This document shows positions 1-12,871 of a stretch of 64,000 nt of DNA, piece after piece. A program made the translations under genes and the position numbers. Every line of letters starts with the position of its first letter. Within the stretch, counting starts at the first letter, position 1. The DNA comes from the human T2T-CHM13v2.0 reference genome, Homo sapiens. The notes below the pieces were generated by a model. The model was not told the DNA's origin and made no database searches. It was given only the letters and a program-made list of their open reading frames with translations. The stretch lies in assembly GCF_009914755.1 (NCBI RefSeq), contig NC_060931.1, one strand, 5' to 3'.

Positions 1-2804
1 GTAAAACTGACTTGAAACAAACTTCTATAATCAACTTCCCACAACCCACTGAACTGTGCGAAATGGCAGCATGTAATAAATAATTAATGCAATTAACAAA
101 ACGGCATAAGCCTACTATAGAATATAATCTGTTCAGGCTGAAGAATAAAGTTCACTTCAAATAATTGTTACCATATTTACTTATGGATATGGCTATATGC
201 AACTCTATGCTTAAATAGCATATAACAATTCCCAAAGTCAGGTCTTGTAATGTAAATTGGCATTGCTTCACTTTTGAGATAAGTATCTCCAGACATACAA
301 ATTCTTGGATAAAACTTAAAAAGACTAGAAGTAATTATAAAAATTAGAAAAGATAAACTAAAGAAAAAACAGAAACCATCCATAATTCAGCTCCCTTCCA
401 CCACCACCCCACCCAAACATGTATAATTAACGTTTTAGAAGGAAAGATATAAACACTTAACAGTTGTTTCAAAAGTTGGGATGGGGTTGGAGGATCAGGG
501 AAGGATGAGTTTACCTTTCTTTGTATCATTTAAATTTTTCAAGTCATGTGCATGTATTTTTAATTTTTAGAAAATAGTTTATATAAACTTGCATACACCT
601 TTCAGATTTTCCTCTGGATACATATTTTTTAAAAACCAAAATGGTGATGACATTATGTGAATAACCAAAAAAAATTATGTATTTAAGAAAAGTACAAAGA
701 CAACCTCTCTCACCTTGTTCCCCTCCTCCCAAAGCTCAGAAAAGGAAACTCCAGCCTTGCCTCAGTATGAAAATACATGACTTTTTAAAATAGCACTATC
801 GGTAGGTGTTAGCAGTGGGCAATGTGTGACCCACAATCTTCCTTTCCCACAAAACACAACACTATCGTCTTCTAAATTTCCTTCATCCGAGTTGGAGATG
901 ACCCTCTCCAATCCCCTATGTTTTAAAATAAGCAACTAATATCTAGATAGGTTACAGGGTACTTGAGTTAGCAGAGCTCGTTGTGCCGGAGCGTGGCTGG
1001 AGACCTGGTCTCTGGGCTTCCCATGAAGCCCACACACCCATCCATGCTGTTGTTTGTAGGGCTCTTTTATACTGAGAGGGAAGGTCAGTCCTCAGATTTG
1101 CCCTGGAGTGTGATCACTTCAGGCTGCCTCCCCTCCCTTTCTCTCAGGCAAGGGCGCACCCAAGGACTGAAAATCAAAGCCAGGACCACATGACTCCCAT
1201 CCTGACTCTCTGGACCCGAATCTTTGCATTTTGCTTTATTTTCACTTTAAATCAAAGTAGTTTGTTAGGCTGTCTCTTAATAATTTGGCCTAAAGTATTC
1301 TCCCGGGAGACAATTTCACAAGGTACACTTAGAACCACTGAGGCACAGTCTCTTTGGAAGAATAAGGAGCCCTCACGTCTCATCACAGGGAACGTGCTTA
1401 TTTACGTCACATATGCATTATTGCCCCTGCCCGGGGCAGTGCTGGCTGGCAACCCCAGGAGGAAAAACCACTCTGTTGTGGCCATTTTCAAAGAAACTCA
1501 CCTACATGCAGAAGTCCCTGGATGTGTGAATTTTCTTTGCAACAAAGGGAAAGAAGGTCCAGTGATAGTCTCATGATTACATGGTCAAAGGGGTTGATAA
1601 GAAGCAAAACATAAAATAAAATAATCGTAATTAGAAAGAAATTGCATAAGAAAAAAGAACCTAAATGCCAAGTAAATTCAATTATTTAAGAGTAGATGCT
1701 TGAAAAAAAAGTTTACTTAGTTAAAAAAAAAAAATCAGAGGTGAGGCTTTTTCCCTTCAACGTATTCTATTGCTTTCTTATGCTTTATTATAAAATTAGC
1801 TAACAGTACTGTACAGGGTCATTGCAACATTTTCTAAGTGCCTCATGTCTACCTATGTGTTCCTACTTTTCCAGGCCTCTGGGCAAGGATGTTTACATTA
1901 TTTGTCCTAAGTAATTAATTTGCCCCAAATAAGTTAAAAAAGTCAGTGTCACAATGTCAGAAGAAGGGCCATGAAATGTTTGTTGAGGTCACTGGAAGAG
2001 GCTAACTTGTGGCTAAATTTAGTAATTATTTCTTTCATAGGAATAATTCCAAAGTTTGAGTCATGGAATAGAGAGGAAACCTGAAATGAGATTTTAATAT
2101 TATGCACAACACCTTAAAAAGCCAACAGGAAAGCAGTATCCCATATGAAGCAGAAATCGAAGCTAAAGAAGATATGGGAAACAAACAAAACATTGTGGAG
2201 AGCTTTTAAAAATCAGAAACAGAAATACACATATGTATGTACTTATGTGTACATACACACATACATACAGAGTCCTAGTTTTTGTTGATGAAATAAGCTT
2301 ATTTTTATGAAATCAAAAAAGATTTGTGGCTTAATAAATATGTTAGAAGAAATGAGCTATTTGAGTAAGCTGCTACTTAGCAGGAGTAAGTTTATAAAGG
2401 AGTTTATAAAAATACTTTTATAATTATTCTGATCTTTAAATTTTGCATAATATTTCTCATTAATGAAGACAACCCTGGCTTGTCTGATGTGTGAAATTGT
2501 TTATTTTTAAACTGTATTTCAAATGAAATTAACTGACATTATTATACACTGCCTCATTTTAGGACAAAGACTTCCACTCACTGGAGAATCCACTGTGAAT
2601 CCCATGAGCACAGAATGAGACTTCTTAATGACTAGTCTAAGCATTTATAAAAAATGTCAACCATTAACGACAATAACAACTACTCCTGAATTGTGTCCTC
2701 ATTTTCTTGAAAGAAATGAAGAGGTAAAGGACACACGTCCCAGGAAATCAAATCCACTTTTAAAGAACTGTCCTCAGAAACCAAGCAGGCAAAAGGGAAG
2801 AGGT

Positions 2805-2970
2805 TATGGGCATGTCGCTAGAGCCAAGCTGACCTGGGTTCAAAGCCTTACTACACTCACTGCAAATTTATGACCCGGCAAATCAACACATCTCTCCAAA
2901 CCTGTGCATCCTCGGGTATAAAGTAAGTGTAACAGCATCTACCCCACAGGGCTGTTGGCAGCATTTTCCA
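2805..2970 (+). mobile_element. MIR SINE fragment
   Basis: Degenerate MIR core: ctgggttcaaagcc...gacccggcaaatcaacacatctctccaaacctg...ctaccccacagggctgtt. Confidence 0.75.
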
Positions 2971-3179
2971 AAATGAAGAATGTAAAGTTCTCCCTCAGTG
3001 ATAACCCCTCTCATCATTACTATGCCCCAGCATCCCTTAATACCAGAAGCTTCTCCCCACTCCTCCTGGACCACAGAAGCTCATTTATTTACTTACAACA
3101 GGGCATTTACCTGATAGTGAGCTAAACTATCCCTAGAATATAAAAAGTATGTATTAAGTAAATATGAGAAAATAATTTT

Positions 3180-3590
3180 AAAATACACACATACAGAGAG
3201 TAAAAAAACTTTACCTCCCTCCATCTCCACTTTTCCTGATTTTTACCATAAACAATTTAGTATACTTTCTTCCAAACCTTCTCTGTCTACCTATAAATGT
3301 ATATTGTAATTGGTTGGTTTTCCCCAAAAACCACATCATGCTCTATAAACTGTTCTATAAGTGACTTACTTTACTCAACAACATAAAACAGACAGTATTA
3401 TTCTTTTTAATGGCTGCATAGTGTTTCCTATAGTGAATATACTTTACTTAAGCACTCCCCATATTAATGGATATTTAGGTGAATCCCATTTTCTGCTATT
3501 AAAAAAAAAGGCTGTGCACTATTTTTAGGGTGGAATTCTAGAAATGGGCTTGCTAAGTCCTTGATTCATTTGAAACTTAATTTGACACTG
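3180..3590 (-). mobile_element. Old L1 (L1ME-like) 3' fragment
   Basis: ttctttttaatggctgcatagtg...atggatatttaggt...gaattctagaaatggg, typical of antisense L1ME 3' end. Confidence 0.65.
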
Positions 3591-5949
3591 GTTATCTTGA
3601 CCACAGTGACATCAGATCATAAATATGGTCATAATGACATCATAATGGGAGAGACAAGAGATAGAGAACTTCTACAGGTATTCAGAGCATTTTTTTTCTT
3701 TTGGACATAAAATGAATCCATTGTACAAGAATGCCTTCTCCCCATTCTCAGTGCAGAGACAAAGCTGACAAGCTTAAAAGTGCATGTTTAGGATTCTAGA
3801 CTTGGTTTAACTCAAATGGCCTTGATTGGATGGGGTCCCTCTGCAGTATTAAAACTGCTCTAATTGCATTCTTCAAGCCAGCTGAAGGCTGACAGCTTCC
3901 GCTCCCGGCTCATTATCAGAGCACTTCAAGGGGCTCCATTATGAGCAGAGCACCTGGTCCAAATTTATTTCAACGGCCCAGAGCAAAATGGGAAGGTGCT
4001 TAATGTTCAACCACAATGGTGACATTTTTATGAGATATCCAAGGTTCAGAAACAAATAAATGAAAGGTTTGAAGGGAGCATGAACAGAAACTGTGACAAT
4101 AAAAATTCAACATTGATATATCAATTTAAAAACATATACCACCCATACACTTGGGGTAAGGCCAAAGGTTCAATGCAGGCTAACCAGAAAGAAAAAGAAG
4201 AAAAAAGGTCAATACTCAACTCCTCCCATGACTGGCTTTGCTAAAAAAGACTGATGAAATTCTAAAAATGTTTAAGGAAATCAGAATGAGATGCGAATTC
4301 TGAATTCCGGTTAGGATAACAATTATGTTATCTATCTGCACCAACATGAGAACGAAAGAAAATCCAAGTGGAATTCAGAGTGAATGCTAAATGTATTATG
4401 TTCATAGTTTTTCTCCGGTTTGCTTACACAATTGCTGTCTTTCTCTCTCTCAAAAAAAAAAAAAAAAAAAAAATCCCGTGTGGAAATGAGTAAGTTAATA
4501 ATTCCTTACAGATGTTTCCATAAGAAAACATTGTGCAAATATATATTTAGAATTTTTTAATAAATGTATAATAGGGAAATTTTTCCAGGTAGATCATAGC
4601 AGGTCCAAAGTAAACATGACATCCTATTGCATAAATCCATATCTAGAGACTGCTTGTCAAGTGGGATTTTGCTCTCTGCGGCTGAGTACTTGCAGAGATC
4701 TTAGTGTGTAGACGACAACCAATTTTAAAGCCCGAAACCCAGCTGCAGAGCATTAGAAAGCTCTACCCTCCACTAAGAATCTGTTTAAAGAATGTTAAAA
4801 TAAATATTTGTATTCTTTCACTAAACACAACAACGACACTTACATTGGAATCTAAGAAAATGATGAATGAAAAATTATAACACCGGCACTTTACAATGGG
4901 AATGCTGACTAAATCGGAACTATACAAACTGGGAGGATTTACTCAATGTTTAGTCTCTTAAGAAAAAAAGAGGAGGACAATTAATCAACTACATAGAAAT
5001 TTTTTTCAGCTATTAGTTGCTTTTGGTCTTGTGATTTTATCTTTCTCAAGCATTTTCCCTATTAAGCCGACCATACAGATGTGCAATACATTAATCCGCC
5101 AGACTATAAAGGCTTTAATTATTTTACTGATTTAGAAAGGCAATTAGGCAGCACCTATTTTTCACGTATTGATTATACCGACTCTGGTTTTAGATCTGAA
5201 TTCATGAATCATCAGGTAACTGGTATAACCACAAAAAAAGGCTACTGGAGCCTTTTTTTTTTCTACAACAAATAAATAAAAGCACTTAAAATTAATTACC
5301 TGATAGAACCACCTTAACTACAAAAAAAAGTGGCAAAATCCCAGTAGAATAAATTTGGTATATAAGTCCTCCAGCAAAGTGACCACTTGTCTGACTGCTT
5401 GCAGGCCACCCAGTGTTAGGTCTTAGAATTTGGGAGCTTAGAAAAATCTTCATCTGGGTGTACAAAAACAGGGTGCTTTGTTTTGGTTCTGATTTAGCCT
5501 TGCTTCTGCCTTTACTGTATTCTGCTCTCTCCTTTGAAACTACTTAAAGAGCTGGAGCTCTGGGAGTCCATGGGGAATTTCCACGTTCACCATGGAAACT
5601 GAGGAAGTGGTAATTTGGATTATGTACATCCGGGTCCTGATTTCTCCTTCACTTTGACCTCTTTCTCCTCCCCATCTACTATTTAAGACCCACTATGTAA
5701 TCTAGCTCAAAATAACTGAGACTGCAATGATGGCTGTGCATGGTGGCACTTATGAGACAAATAATTCCTGGCCTTTCCCATCTTTATGGAACAGAAGAAA
5801 ACATAAGTCTTGAAAGTTTTCACAAGATGCTGTGTTAGATGAAAAAAATTGAGAATTTTTCCCATAGAACAGATGTTTCCTAGGTTTGTACAGCCTCTCA
5901 ACTGTACATTAGGAAGTCACTCGTATGATGATAATGTACCACTTACGGG

Positions 5950-6155
5950 CAGGATGGTATAGTGGCAAGAGACTTGGATTCAAGCACTGCATGGCATTTA
6001 TCAGCTGTGCAACTCTATGCAAATTATCTTTAAGCCTTTCTAGCATTAGTTTCTCCATCTATAAAATGGGAGCGATTATGCATGCTTCACCCATCACAGA
6101 GAACTGCTGAGACCATCATATGTGCATGTGAAAATGCTCTCTAAGCTGGAAACTA
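5950..6155 (+). mobile_element. MIR SINE
   Basis: tatagtggcaagag...agtttctccatctataaaatgggag...catgtgaaaatgctct. Confidence 0.75.
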
Positions 6156-6207
6156 GTGTCATAAACGTCATTTCTTTTTGCAGAAGCCATCTCCATGCAA
6201 TCACCTA

Positions 6208-6226
6208 CACTGCCCTCTTGCGGTAG
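6208..6226 (-). promoter_or_regulatory. Candidate CTCF binding motif
   Basis: Minus strand CTACCGCAAGAGGGCAGTG, close to the CCASYAGRKGGCRSY consensus. Confidence 0.55.
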
Positions 6227-6648
6227 GCAGGCTGCATTGCTACTCAAAGGCAAAGAAAATTATTTTGTGAACTGAAGATTGTATTACTACCAGATTAATT
6301 TCATGTAACCAACTCTTAATTGCCAGGCGAATAGAGAGAGGGCCACTTGACATGAAATATACAATTCAAAGGATCTACTTGGGTTTTTTTTGTAATGCCA
6401 TTTATGAACAGTGAATCCGGACACTATACTCTGGCCCCTTTTCTTGCACTACTAGTCCATGATAAAAATTTTTGAAAAGTGGAAAACACTGGAAAAGAAG
6501 AGAAGCAGCAGATCAGTTGAGTATTGGTGAAAAGTCCTACCTTCCCTGTTACTTTGGACATGGATATTAAAGCCAGTGAAAATGTTCATAAAAATTGTAG
6601 GAACAAAAAGCCATCCATAGTTTTGCCTGTACTCTAGAACTAGAATAA

Positions 6649-7048
<400 letters not shown>

Positions 7049-7607
7049 TAAAAGATGTACCTCACTTGGACTCTGATCACCAAATTCCATCACAGCAACC
7101 ACCTTCACTTGGAGCTGCCTCCCGCTTCTGTTTTTATCACTTCTTAACTCAAAATACATCTTCAATCCCATTTTTCTCTGACAGACACTGATATAGAATA
7201 AGAAATACTGGAAAACTAAGCCACGAGGAGCAAAATAAAATATAAATATCACTTAAGGGAATTCATTATGAGAAATCATAAAACTGACAAGTCTCCTGAA
7301 CAAAAATGACCTGAGAGTTTACCCATAGGTTAGCAAATATTAAAATAATGATAAGGATGACAACCACAAGCAAATCAATACATGCTTGCTGATGAACTGA
7401 GTAGGAACTTAAGAACTTGGCGCCTCTCTAAAATTTTTAATTAGAAACATTTAATTGTACTCACTATGTAGTAGGCCATGTTTCAAATGCTTTCTTCTAA
7501 TCTCATCACAACATCCAATATGCTGTTAATAACCTTTATTGACTGCAGCATCGGTTTACGAACCCTGCTGATTGTTCAGCTAGCACCATGGATCAGGGAG
7601 TAATCTA

Positions 7608-8734
7608 GATGCATAACTCAGAGATACTGCTGGTCTGGTTCCAGACCATTGCAATAGCAAATATCACAATAAAGCAAGTCACACTAATTTTTTGATTTCC
7701 CAGTGCACATAAAGTTATATTTACACTATACTGTAGTCTATAAAGTGTGCAATAACATGTCTTTAAAAAGTATATATCTTAATTTTAAAATATTTTATTG
7801 CTAAAAAATACTTTGTAAAAATGCTTATAGTCATCCAAGCTAGATCTTCTGGATAAATTGTTGCAGCTTCTCCATCAGCACTTGCTGCCTCACTTTGCAC
7901 TTTCACCTTACGGAGATGGCTTAGTTTCCTAAACTTCATGAACCCAACTTCTGCTAGCTTTCAACTTTTCTTCTGCAGCTTCCTCACCTCACCCAGCCTT
8001 CATAGAATTGAAGAGACTTGGGGCCTTGCTCTGGATCAGGCTTTGGCTTACGGGAATGTTATGGCTGTGTTGGTCTTCCATCCAGAACACTCAGACTTTC
8101 TCCCTATCAGCAATAAAGCTGTTCTGCTTTCTTATCATTCATGTGTTCACTGGAGTAACACTTTTAATTTCCCTCAAGAACTTTTTCCTTGCATTCACAA
8201 CTTGGCTAACTGTTTGGTGCAAGAAGCCGAGTTTTCAGCCTGTGTTGGCTTTCAACATGCCTTCCTCACTAAGCTTAATCCTTGCTAGCTTTTGATTGAA
8301 AGTGAGAGACGTGTTACTCTTCCTTTCACTTGAACACTTACAGGTCATCATAAGGTTATTAATTGGCCTAATTTCAACACTGCCATGTCTCCAGGAATAG
8401 GCAGGCTCAGGGAGAGGAAGAGAGACAGAGGAAGGACCTGTTGATAGAGCAGTCAACACATAAAACATTTATTGATTAAGTTCACCGTCTTATATGGGTG
8501 CAGTTCATGGCACCACCAATTACAATAGTAAAGTCAAAGATGACCGATCACAGATCACAATGACAGATACAATAACAATGAAATTTAAAATATTGCAAGA
8601 ATTACCAAAATGTGACACAGAGACATAAAGCAAGCACATGCCATTGGGAAAATGGCCATAAACCTACAATTTGTAAAAAAAAACAAAAAAAAAAATGCAC
8701 TGTCTGCCAAGTGTGGTAAAGCAAGGTGTGCCTG
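7608..8734 (-). mobile_element. Tigger1 DNA transposon, both TIRs present, internally deleted
   Basis: Both ends match Tigger1 termini flanked by TA; minus-strand translation KCSSERKSNTSLTFNQKLARIKLSEEGMLKA matches the Tigger1 transposase N-terminus; about 1.1 kb vs about 2.4 kb consensus. Confidence 0.92.
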
Positions 8735-10029
8735 TAGGGGGGAAGGGAGGGCATCAAAGTTCCTCAAAAGATACAGAGTAGTAAGCTGGTAAATTAGAGG
8801 AAAAGTCAAGAAAACCTCGTGGGGACCAGCACAGGAAAGGCAGCTGGCAGAGATAAAGCAGGCCTTGCATTCTTTGACCTCAGGGCAGCGGGGGACATCT
8901 CTGGGATGTGACCCAGTCAGGTTAAGGTTTTGAGACAGGGCTAAGCCCAGTGTTGTTACTCTTCAGTAAGCCTGGAATGGAGCCAGCCCCTCCCCAAGGA
9001 AATCACATAACGATGAGGAAGCCACATGCAGATAAACAGTAAATGAAGACAGGATGACCAGCTCGGAGGAACCAACACCAACATGGGGGAAGGAGTGCGG
9101 GAGTGCCTGGGGGGCTGTGCCTGCAGAGGGGAGCAAGAGGGAGAGCATCCAGCACTTCGGGGCACCAGATGCTTTTTCTAAGGTTTGGTCATAACCAGCA
9201 CCAAAAAACAGCAAGCTGCGCCATTCCCCCAGCTATTCTACTTCTTCACGCTGCTTAGCTGGGGTTTTGGGGACTTGAAAAGTTACCTGGGGCTACAGAA
9301 CACAGTGTCCACGCACTTGGACAAGCTGGTGAGCCTGGGGCATTGTAGCGGCCTCTGCTCCACCCTTTCCCCTTGTCCAGAAGCCTCGACACCACCAGAG
9401 AGTGAAGTGGGACAAGACCCCAGGGAAGAATTTAATAAAACATCAAGGCCAGGGAGTTTGTGATACTCAAAACTTTGTGGAGGATGGGTCAATCTGCATT
9501 TATATGTGTTTCCATCTTTCCAGAGAGAGAAAAAAATTAACATGGACTGAATTTTCTCTATTTCTATTAATTCACATATTATGCCATTTTCATTACCACA
9601 AAATGCTGCACTCTTATGCTTTCTTAAAAAGATCACTATAGTAAAACTATTAATCTATATACCTGGATGATACTAGAGTTTAATAACCATTTATAGAATA
9701 AATCAATGACTGACAGTAATATTAAGGGGCTAAATAAGTTGATCTCTAAAATTACTTTCAACCTAAAAATGCTACATTCTGCGATAACAATAAGTTTATT
9801 ATTTAAAAGTCCTTAGGCTATTTTAGAGTAGAGTATGTTTGATGATTATGAGAAAGTATCTGGAGACTTGAAACTTTAGCCTGCTAAAGTATCCTTTAGA
9901 CAGGTCCCTCTGACAAAATGAAGTAAGACCTGGTAGAATTTCTCAGACAAATCATGCCAAAGCATCACCTCCTTCAAGACAATGCATGGGGGCGTGGGGA
10001 GGCGAGGATGTCACTCACCCTTGCAGCCC

Positions 10030-11105
10030 TTGTCTATTTGGCTTTCTCTGCAACATTTCACTGGGCTGAGGAGTGTTCCTCATTGAACTCTCCTTCCTGG
10101 GCTTCCCGTTGCTCTCCCGCCTCTGCCCGTTCACTCTACTCCTGTGCAGGCTCCCTTTTCTCTGTCCACCCTTGGTGAGTCTTTGACCTTGGGGATCTTC
10201 TTAGGTTCTCTTCTCATACCACACGGTCTTTCCTCTCCTGTGATTTTAGTTAATATCTGTATGCTGATGGCTCTCAAATCTCTTCCTCCAGCTCCAGCTG
10301 CCTATTGGACATGTATAACCAGTAGCTCCCCACGCTGCAGTATGTTTGAAGCTCCCTTGCCCTGGTCTCCCTCCTCGCAGCCTCTTCTGGGTGAAAGGCA
10401 CATGTCCCACCAGACACCCATGAGCCATCCTTGGCCCCTCTCTGGAACCTTACCCCTCACATCCCATAAATCCCCAAGGACTGTGCATCCACCTGCTGAA
10501 CATCACCAAAGTCCACTTCCAATTCCACTCCCAGTGACTGCAAAGGGGGCCTTTGCCTCGGTGCCACCATTACTATTCCCTGCTCCACAAGGTAGCCAGG
10601 GCCAGCTTCTCAAATGCTGACCTGGACACCTCATTCCCAGCTCAGAACCCACCAGTGCCTTCCTTCAGTCTGTGAGAAAGTCAAAACTCCTCCAACTGGG
10701 ATTGCAAAGCCCTTCCAGAGCTGACCACCACTGAGTGCTCTGGCCTGTCCCTCATGGAAACACATTTTCTCACCTCCTTTGCTTCTGCTGTACTCGTGGA
10801 TTAAAATGTTTTCCCTCATCCAAATCCCCTCTACCTGGCTGGGGCCATTGCCTTCCAGCTTTTTGGCTTCTGGTAAGTTTTGCCTGAACCCCCTCAATCC
10901 TAGATCAAGCGCCCCTTCCACATGCTCTCTTGGGGTTCACATCTCTCAGTTTAGCCCTTGTGCCTCAAGTGTAAGTTCCTGTAACGTCTCAGTATCCCTG
11001 CCCCACTCGTGCATATACCCTAAGGCTGTCTCACTCATATCACAACCCCAGAATCTGCACAAGGCCTACCACATGACAGCCACTCAACGGATATTTACTG
11101 AATAA
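10030..11105 (+). mobile_element. L2 LINE fragment(s)
   Basis: C/T-rich L2 3' region ending cactcaacggatatttactgaataaa. Confidence 0.7.
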
Positions 11106-11164
11106 ACTCATGATTATGAATATTTTAGTACCTGACCTATGAGTTATTGATACGTAATGGGAGT

Positions 11165-11360
11165 ACCATGGGTTGCAGAATAACACAGACCTTGTTTCCC
11201 ATCCCAGCTCCACAGCTCACATGCTATGTGAACTCAGAAAATGTATGGAAACTTTTTAAGGCTGTTTGCAAAGCTGTAAGAGCACGACCAACCACTTACT
11301 TCACAGGGTTGCCGTGAAGACTAAAATACACACAGCATATGAAGTGCCAAGAGTGCTGTA
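11165..11360 (+). mobile_element. MIR SINE
   Basis: atcccagctccacagctcacatgctatgtgaac...acttcacagggttgccgtgaagactaaa. Confidence 0.7.
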
Positions 11361-12535
11361 TTATTTTATATTTTTCAAAATGCAGTGCTACAAACTTCTT
11401 TATCACTATGTCAATTAATGCTACTGCTGCCTTAACCCACAGGCCATCAGATACATTTTTAAAGTTCTTTATGTGAGCATTATTCAAGGAAAAGCCTTGT
11501 CCGCTGACCCAGCCAGTAAAAACATTGGGCCCTGACATTGGGTAAGAAATGTTGCTTACAACATTGTAACATTGTTGCAACATTGTCTTACCCAATGCCA
11601 GGGCCCAGTGCTATTACTCAAGCAGGCTGGAACATCCAACAATTTCTGCCAGCCTAAGAATTATTGGTATTGCTTTTACATGTTACATTTTATGACAACA
11701 AGTCTAACAATATAAAGCAAATAGTGAAATAGCTTGTTTCTTTCCAGGATTATCGAATGAGGGCAGAAGATGTCATGGGTATATTTTGATAAATATTTCA
11801 GGCATTACAAACAATACTGAAATATATGCCAGTCTTGTAACCATCACACTGCAACATTTTCTGCTGCCTTCTGAAGACTGTGGAAAAGCCCCCTTGCAAG
11901 GGAGGGTGGAAGGAAGAGAGGGAGTTTCTCAGAAAGAGAAGAGAAAAACCTAACACTTGCCCAGTATCATTGTGGGTTTAACAATTTTGCTTTACTGATT
12001 TTATGGCACAATCTAGTCTCCCCATATCCCCAAAACAAAAACAAACTAACAGCAACAACAAAAACCCTTTCCATCAGGCCAACTAGTGGCTTTGGAACCA
12101 ATTACAAAGTACTATGAGATGACTCTTTAAATGAAAACTCTTAAGCTATTCACCAAGTCAAGTACATTGTGGGAGCTGAACTCCCACTTCAAAATTTGGG
12201 TTCTGACCACGGCCTCCAATCCAACCTCCCTCAAATTCCAAGAGAGTTAATCCTGGCTTCCCGTCAGGAAGTTTGCTCTCACAAACTTGTAGAAGTACTG
12301 GCTATTAAAAAGTGTATGGGTTCTTTTAGTCTTTCTGTGCCATGGTCAGTAAGGGCACAAAACAAATCCTGAGCTTCTAAGGGTGACCCCACCCCACAGC
12401 GGGCAAGCAGCATCATGCCATTGCCATGCCCAGGAGGGAGACATGGAGATGGCCTTGGAGCAGCTCTGGGCAGGCTCCCTCTCTCTTCACACAAGAGGCA
12501 ATTTATGTTCTAGGTCAGAAAGGATGTTTGTTGTC

Positions 12536-12871
12536 TGCTGTGGTTTGAATGTTTATCCTCTCCAAAGTTCGTGTTGCAATTTAATCCCCAATATGGCAGT
12601 ATTGAGAGGTGGGGCCTTTAAGACGTGAATGGATTAACATTTATGGATTAATAGGTTCATATGGGATTGGGGCTGGTGGCTTTAGAAGATGAGGCAGAGA
12701 GACCTGGGCTGGCATGTTTGCACACCTCAGGACTCTGTAGAGTCCCCACTTGGAGGAAGGCCTCACGAGATGCAGCCCCTCAACCTTGGACTTCTCAGCC
12801 TCCATAACTGGAAGAAATAAATTCTTTTCTTTATAAATTACCCAGTATCATGTATTCTGTTGTGTGCAACA
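12536..12871 (+). mobile_element. MaLR solo LTR (MST family)
   Basis: tgctgtggtttgaatg...ttaatccccaatatggcagtattgagaggtggggcc...aaataaattcttttctttataaattacccag. Confidence 0.85.
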
